From an uncultured virus (IMG/VR IMGVR_UViG_3300050343_000259) (Duplodnaviria; Heunggongvirae; Uroviricota; Caudoviricetes): a stretch of DNA of 64,000 nucleotides. This document shows positions 59,290 through 64,000 of this stretch, in pieces (position 1 is the stretch's first letter; each line of letters opens with the position of its first letter). The translations under genes were made by a program, and so were the position numbers. The notes under the pieces are model-generated. The model was not told where the DNA came from. It ran no database searches and saw nothing but the letters and a program-made list of their open reading frames with translations. Location of the stretch: the IMG/VR virus record IMGVR_UViG_3300050343_000259; one strand, 5' to 3'.

Positions 59290-60459
59290 TTATTTTTCTT
59301 CAGCTTCCATAGCATCTGACATATCGAAACCTTTATTTAAATCTACATCTTCAACTGTAGCTTCTATAATTGTTGTTTTACTTTCTTCTTCTGTTGGCTC
59401 TAACCTCATTTTTTTTCTAGGTCTGCCTCTTCTTCTTTTTGGAACTACGGTTATTTCATCTTCCATATCATCGTGAAAAGTTCCTTCATCTTCATTCGGA
59501 GAATTCATTTCCTGTTCTACAGTTTGTTTTATAGGGTTTGCAATTTCTTCTTGTTTCGGAAGCCCTCCAAACACCTCTTCTTCTCTTAAAGCAGATGGTG
59601 CTTCAGGCTCCGGAGTTGGTGGTGGCGGAGGTGGTGATTGGGGCTTAGGAGGATTTGGTGGAGGTGACTGAGGAGGAGGACTTTGTGGTCTTGGTCCTGT
59701 TGCTCCTTGAGAACTAGAGTTAAACTCAGGATTTACTTGAGCATTATACATTTCTGTCATCATTTTCAACGATTGTGTAAGTGATTTTTTGAATGTATAA
59801 AGTTGTGCTCCTTTTTGAACTATATCTTTTCCAAATGCTACCATTAAGAATTGCTCATCACTCAAACCATATCCTCTTGAAGAGAATACTCTAATCATTA
59901 CGGGTCTTACACTTTCTACAAACTCATCATCAACTACTAATACTTCAGTTACCTGTCTATTATATTCTCCAATAAACTCTTGAACTGAAATTGTTTGAGT
60001 CTGAGAAATAGGGATTCGCATATCAGGATTTATCTCTCCCTTGATAGCTTTTTTAACAATTTCTTCTTCACTTAATGAAAAGTATTTTTGTCCAAATGTA
60101 TGTGCAACTTTATATCCTTCTAAAAAAGTGTCTACCATCAAACTAGCACTTTCATCGGCATCTTTTTTACTATAATCTTGCAGGTCGTTATTTACAAAAG
60201 GGTCATCGCTTCCAAATCCTGATTTAGGTTTTGAGGGCTTTTCCTTTTTTGAAGCAGGTTTATCATCTTCATAATCATCCTCTTGTAATTCATCTAAATT
60301 CGGTTGCTGATACATTGGCTCCGGAATGCTTGTTATTGAAGCAGGGTCATAAGATACCTTGGGTTTTGTATATTCCCTTTGAACTACCGGCTCATCAAAT
60401 GGGTTGAAGTTTTCAGGAGTAGATAATTCCGAATAATCCGGTGTAGTGTTTTCAGACAT
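59290..60459 (-). CDS. Acidic/Pro-rich protein with AT-hook
   Basis: Probable start MSENTTP at 60459; poly-Pro; KRRRGRPRK. Confidence 0.8.
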   Translation of the reverse strand: MSENTTPDYSELSTPENFNPFDEPVVQREYTKPKVSYDPASITSIPEPMYQQPNLDELQEDDYEDDKPASKKEKPSKPKSGFGSDDPFVNNDLQDYSKKDADESASLMVDTFLEGYKVAHTFGQKYFSLSEEEIVKKAIKGEINPDMRIPISQTQTISVQEFIGEYNRQVTEVLVVDDEFVESVRPVMIRVFSSRGYGLSDEQFLMVAFGKDIVQKGAQLYTFKKSLTQSLKMMTEMYNAQVNPEFNSSSQGATGPRPQSPPPQSPPPNPPKPQSPPPPPPTPEPEAPSALREEEVFGGLPKQEEIANPIKQTVEQEMNSPNEDEGTFHDDMEDEITVVPKRRRGRPRKKMRLEPTEEESKTTIIEATVEDVDLNKGFDMSDAMEAEEK

Positions 60460-60460
60460 A

Positions 60461-60898
60461 TTATTTATTATTTTCAACGAATATCTTAATATCGTTGTTT
60501 ATTTTAATTAATTTATTATTTTGTTTTTTTTCTTCAGGAAATTTCGGATTCAAATTTTCCATATAACGCATATCTCTGCTTACAGTCGCTTTATTTAATT
60601 TAAGATTTTGAGATATTTGAGATTGTGACCAATGTAGATGTTCTCTGATTAGTAATACTAACATTGCTCGTGCTTTTGTTCTAACACCAAACTTCCTGCT
60701 TTTGCCTAGAAACAGTTCACTCTCTGATATGTTGAAATTTTTGCAAGTTGTTTTGATAATATAAGCTAAAAGATAATCTTGATTTTCATATCCTTCTTTT
60801 AGTCCTTTATCTATAATTTTTTTTGCCTTTTCGATTCCTTTCTCATCAACGAGTTTCATTAATTTTTTAATGAGTTCAAAAGAATTGGTGTGTTTCAC
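60461..60898 (-). CDS. DnaA C-terminal-like HTH DNA-binding protein
   Basis: IIKTTCKNFNISESEL...SRK...ARAMLVLLIREHLHWSQSQISQNL...ATV. Confidence 0.75.
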   Translation of the reverse strand: MKHTNSFELIKKLMKLVDEKGIEKAKKIIDKGLKEGYENQDYLLAYIIKTTCKNFNISESELFLGKSRKFGVRTKARAMLVLLIREHLHWSQSQISQNLKLNKATVSRDMRYMENLNPKFPEEKKQNNKLIKINNDIKIFVENNK

Positions 60899-60939
60899 GA
60901 ATGAATAATTTTATTTTAATAAATAATTACTAATTGCAA

Positions 60940-60947
60940 CAAAAGTA
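60940..60947 (-). promoter_or_regulatory. TAnnTTTG promoter element
   Basis: TACTTTTG in gap upstream of 60898. Confidence 0.5.
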
Positions 60948-60963
60948 AAAAAAAAAATTGCAA

Positions 60964-61359
60964 TTACAACCTATTTACTTGAATAATTATTTTTGGCTCT
61001 CCTTTTTGAAAGAAATAATGAATCTGTTGTATATGATGAACACTATCATCTTCTATTTTTCCCATTCTTTTAAGCAAATCACATAATACCTTTTGCCAAA
61101 AAAATGCTTTATTATCTAAATCGAAATGATTGTTTTTGTCTGTTTGATAACCTATTGATATACTTAGATTGCTTCCAAGAACCGGACAGTCTTGCAAGTG
61201 AGGAAGTAAAAATTGTTTAGCTTCATCGACCACTTGTTTTCTAACTTGGTAATGAACACTACTATAAAATAAATTTGCGGTTAAGTAGTAGGTAGATTTC
61301 TTTTTCTTTCCTAATTCTACTTTTTCTATTGGGGTGGGAATGACTTTTCTATACAACAT
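60964..61359 (-). CDS. RusA-like Holliday junction resolvase
   Basis: FDLDN...KVLCDLL...GKIEDDS; ATG at 61359. Confidence 0.75.
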   Translation of the reverse strand: MLYRKVIPTPIEKVELGKKKKSTYYLTANLFYSSVHYQVRKQVVDEAKQFLLPHLQDCPVLGSNLSISIGYQTDKNNHFDLDNKAFFWQKVLCDLLKRMGKIEDDSVHHIQQIHYFFQKGEPKIIIQVNRL

Positions 61360-61363
61360 AAAC

Positions 61364-61391
61364 AAAAAAAAAGTCAGGCACCAACCTGACT
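61364..61391 (-). terminator. Intrinsic terminator
   Basis: AGTCAGG-ttggtg-CCTGACT followed by a T run on - strand. Confidence 0.75.
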
Positions 61392-61437
61392 GAATTCTAA
61401 GGAATAAACAATTTGTAAAAAAGAGTTGTTTAAGCTA

Positions 61438-61445
61438 CAAATATA
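61438..61445 (-). promoter_or_regulatory. TAnnTTTG promoter element
   Basis: TATATTTG in gap downstream of amidase. Confidence 0.55.
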
Positions 61446-61484
61446 TAAAAAATTTATTAAACAAATCATTTTTGTGTTTTTTTT

Positions 61485-62120
61485 TTACAAGAACTTTAAT
61501 CCTCTCTCGGTTACTTCTTGTATTGATTTAAAATGTGATAATGAAAGTTGATAACTACCTTCATCACTCATTAGAACTTCAGCCTCTTTTAAATTGGTCA
61601 TAAATCCATTTTCAGTTAATACTGAAGGCATTGATGTATATTTTAATACATAAAAATTAGCGGTTTTAATACCTCTATTTCTCCATTTCATCTCCTCAAC
61701 AACATTATCATTAAATATGGATGCTAATCTTAATCCTTTGTCTGATTTTGGATAATGATAAGTTGACAATCCGTGTGCATTATTCCAACCTTTTCCGTAA
61801 GCATTATGATGTATTGATACATATATACAGTTATCTATCTTTTCAGCTATTAAATTAGCTTTTGAAACTCTATCGCTTAAAGAATTATCTCTCCATTCCT
61901 CTGATACTACACTATATTCGTAGTTGTTTTCATCTAGTAACTCTTTTAAACAATGTAAAACCTGTCTATTTCTTACTCCTTCATACAATACTTCTCCTGC
62001 ATATTTATTTGGAGTAGGGAATACCGGGCTTCTTTTACCTCTTGTTTGATACTCTCCGGTTTCAGGATTCAATCCTCCGTGACCTGCATCTAATATCCAA
62101 TGATATTTTTTAGTATTCAT
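61485..62120 (-). CDS. N-acetylmuramoyl-L-alanine amidase (Amidase_3), endolysin
   Basis: ILDAGHGG...E...SIHHNA...VLTENGFMTN; probable start MNTKK at 62120. Confidence 0.92.
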   Translation of the reverse strand: MNTKKYHWILDAGHGGLNPETGEYQTRGKRSPVFPTPNKYAGEVLYEGVRNRQVLHCLKELLDENNYEYSVVSEEWRDNSLSDRVSKANLIAEKIDNCIYVSIHHNAYGKGWNNAHGLSTYHYPKSDKGLRLASIFNDNVVEEMKWRNRGIKTANFYVLKYTSMPSVLTENGFMTNLKEAEVLMSDEGSYQLSLSHFKSIQEVTERGLKFL

Positions 62121-62130
62121 ATACTTATGT

Positions 62131-63099
62131 TTATTTAGGACCAAACGGAGGCATACCTCCTTCAGGTGCTTTAGGAAGCCCTCCAAATACCTCATTTTCA
62201 TTTACTGTTTTAGGTGGAGCAAATCTATTAGGATTTTGTCCTTGATTGCCTTGAGGACTGTTTTGTACTGCATTAGAGATTCCATAATTTTGTTGTGAAT
62301 CAAAATAATTTTCTGTCCCCGGATTATTATTTACATAATTCTTTATTGGGCTTTTGCTATCTCCTATACTTTCTGCAATTTTACTTGCATTAAAATATTT
62401 ATTTTTAAAGTTGTCATCGTTAATAATACCCTGAGCCAATTGCTTACCAAAAACTTCATCAGAAGGAAAATGAACTCCTAAAATTATTCTTGATTTAGAG
62501 CATTTATCAGCAAATTTAGTTAGCATATCTTGTTGGTCGGGATAACGAAAAGATAATATCTCTGCAAATACCCTGCTTTGTACTGTATGACCTGAAGGGT
62601 ATGAAGGTGACTGAGCAGATACCGTAGGCATTGGGTTCAAAGGAAACTTATAAATATTTGCAAGTTGATAAGGTCTTATTCTATTATAATAAAATTTTAA
62701 CTTCATTATAATTGGATTTATATCTTTATATAATTCTTTTACAAAACCTTCAGGATTTGAAACTCCGCATTTATATGCAGTATCAAGAAACATTCCTTCT
62801 AAATCTTCATCAAATTTGATACTTAACTCCACAACTTTATCGTGTTGGAGTTTTTCCATATCTTTTTGTATATCCTTTAACTCTTTAGCGGCATAAGTAC
62901 CATCATTATTTGGATAGGGTTTATCCATAAAATAATTTGCTATGTAATCAAAATCTCCTTCTTTTCTAATAAGTATATCTTGTGCTGCATTAGGATTTCC
63001 ATATGTTAGATTATTAACAGGAATTAGCCCATACTTAGTTTCAGGTGTAGAAGTATTAATTGTTTGCTGAGTTCTTTTTCTTGTTCTTGTTCTAGCCAT
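62131..63099 (-). CDS. PAP2/vanadium-haloperoxidase-superfamily phosphatase
   Basis: KFYYNRIRP, SPSYPSGH, SRIILGVHFPSD. Confidence 0.9.
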   Translation of the reverse strand: MARTRTRKRTQQTINTSTPETKYGLIPVNNLTYGNPNAAQDILIRKEGDFDYIANYFMDKPYPNNDGTYAAKELKDIQKDMEKLQHDKVVELSIKFDEDLEGMFLDTAYKCGVSNPEGFVKELYKDINPIIMKLKFYYNRIRPYQLANIYKFPLNPMPTVSAQSPSYPSGHTVQSRVFAEILSFRYPDQQDMLTKFADKCSKSRIILGVHFPSDEVFGKQLAQGIINDDNFKNKYFNASKIAESIGDSKSPIKNYVNNNPGTENYFDSQQNYGISNAVQNSPQGNQGQNPNRFAPPKTVNENEVFGGLPKAPEGGMPPFGPK

Positions 63100-63108
63100 A
63101 ATTATATA

Positions 63109-63543
63109 TTAAAAAAAGTAATCAAAAAGTGAATTTCCCTCTTGCTTAGGTTTAGACTCAGGCTCTTCTTTCAATTTTTCTTCTTCTAATCTTTTAGCTT
63201 CTGCCTGTTCTGTTCGCTTTAAATCCTCTTCTTCTTGAATTCTTTTTAGTTCTAAGGCTTCTTGTTGTAGTCTTTCTTCTTCTTTCTTTCTAGCTACGGC
63301 TTCTTGCCTTGTGGTATTCATATCTTCATAAATCTGAACACAAACTGATTTTGATAATCTTATTAATTTTTGTGTGTCAGATTCTGATACTTCAAAATCT
63401 TTGCCTTTTTTTTCTGCTCTTGATTGCTTTAAAGAAACTCCTCTATGAAAATGATTAAAATCTTTTAAATAATTTTGTGCTTCTCTTGTCAGATTTTCTT
63501 TTTGAAGTTTCTGCTCTTCCATTAAAACTTGGTGTGGGTACAT
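63109..63543 (-). CDS. coiled-coil hypothetical protein
   Basis: 144-aa ORF. Confidence 0.7.
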   Translation of the reverse strand: MYPHQVLMEEQKLQKENLTREAQNYLKDFNHFHRGVSLKQSRAEKKGKDFEVSESDTQKLIRLSKSVCVQIYEDMNTTRQEAVARKKEEERLQQEALELKRIQEEEDLKRTEQAEAKRLEEEKLKEEPESKPKQEGNSLFDYFF

Positions 63544-63565
63544 AATGTATAAGTTTAGTTAATAA

Positions 63566-64000
63566 TTAATTTTGTGCACCGGGCTTCAATCTTCCGGATG
63601 CTATGTCGGCTCTTATCTCGCCTAATTTTTTAATCAAATCTTTTATTAATTGGTCTGCATCTTTTTTATATTGTATCATTTCAACACAATTTTTAACAAT
63701 AGACTCAATATTGAATGCAATGGCTTTTTGTTCACTTTTGGTAATCTTCTGACCGGCATCAGATTTACTCTCAATAGTTTTAGCTTCATTTTTCAATGAT
63801 GTACTTGGTTTTAATGAACCATCTTTGATTGCTCTTCCTGATTTAATATTTTTTTCAGTTGTATCTTCTGCCTTTATATATCTTGCCTTCATCTCTGCTA
63901 GGATTTTATTACAATCCTCCTTAGAATATGTTCCTGCTATTTTCTTAGATTTTTTTTCTTTGGCTTTTTTGTCAGTTTCTGACTTTTTAGTTGCTTTAGC
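63566..64000 (-). CDS. Lys-rich protein, 5'-truncated by window edge
   Basis: The reading frame of ORF 63566-63892 appears open to the window end (AKATKKSETDKKAK...). Confidence 0.6.
   Translation of the reverse strand, partial: AKATKKSETDKKAKEKKSKKIAGTYSKEDCNKILAEMKARYIKAEDTTEKNIKSGRAIKDGSLKPSTSLKNEAKTIESKSDAGQKITKSEQKAIAFNIESIVKNCVEMIQYKKDADQLIKDLIKKLGEIRADIASGRLKPGAQN

Noticed and set aside
60461..60898. Full replication initiator dnaA
   Set aside because: Only the C-terminal HTH-like part is present; no AAA+ domain
1..64000. Eukaryotic giant virus (NCLDV), suggested by collagen, A32-like ATPase and SOD
   Set aside because: Amidase, PG-binding domains, ArdA, RecT, RusA and Bacteroidota promoters indicate a bacterial host

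Overview
AT-rich, densely coded viral DNA. Bases 1-7194 are coded on + and everything after is coded on -. The host is probably Bacteroidota: TAnnTTTG promoters, no Shine-Dalgarno sequences, and a SusC-type carboxypeptidase-regulatory domain. From left to right: (i) the 3' part of a giant, almost proline-free collagen-like gene (about 697 Gly-X-Y triplets in the window, missed by the ORF track); (ii) a recombination/early block (RecT, PD-(D/E)XK nuclease, HNH, FkbM methyltransferases); (iii) about 35 kb (19.7-54.9 kb) of mostly small, membrane-anchored or Cys-rich putative virion proteins, with SOD, DUF2272, PG-binding, beta-gamma-crystallin, annexin-like and LEA2 domains; (iv) a candidate single-jelly-roll capsid protein with a paralog, a HExxH protease and an A32/FtsK-like packaging ATPase among glycosyl/methyltransferases; (v) DnaA-C HTH, RusA, amidase and PAP2 phosphatase. 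I see no terminase, portal, HK97 capsid or tail genes. My inference is a large, tailless, membrane-containing (Varidnaviria-like) Bacteroidota virus. The most striking system is three membrane-tethered polyproteins divided by 21 [FYM]xxGG linkers, one of whose modules is an ArdA anti-restriction domain. A second motif (aromatic-x-N-[AQHF]-x-G) recurs in about 25 structural proteins. Four homopolymer +1 frameshifts and one in-frame stop are probably sequencing errors. All family calls come from recognising motifs by eye, not from database searches.
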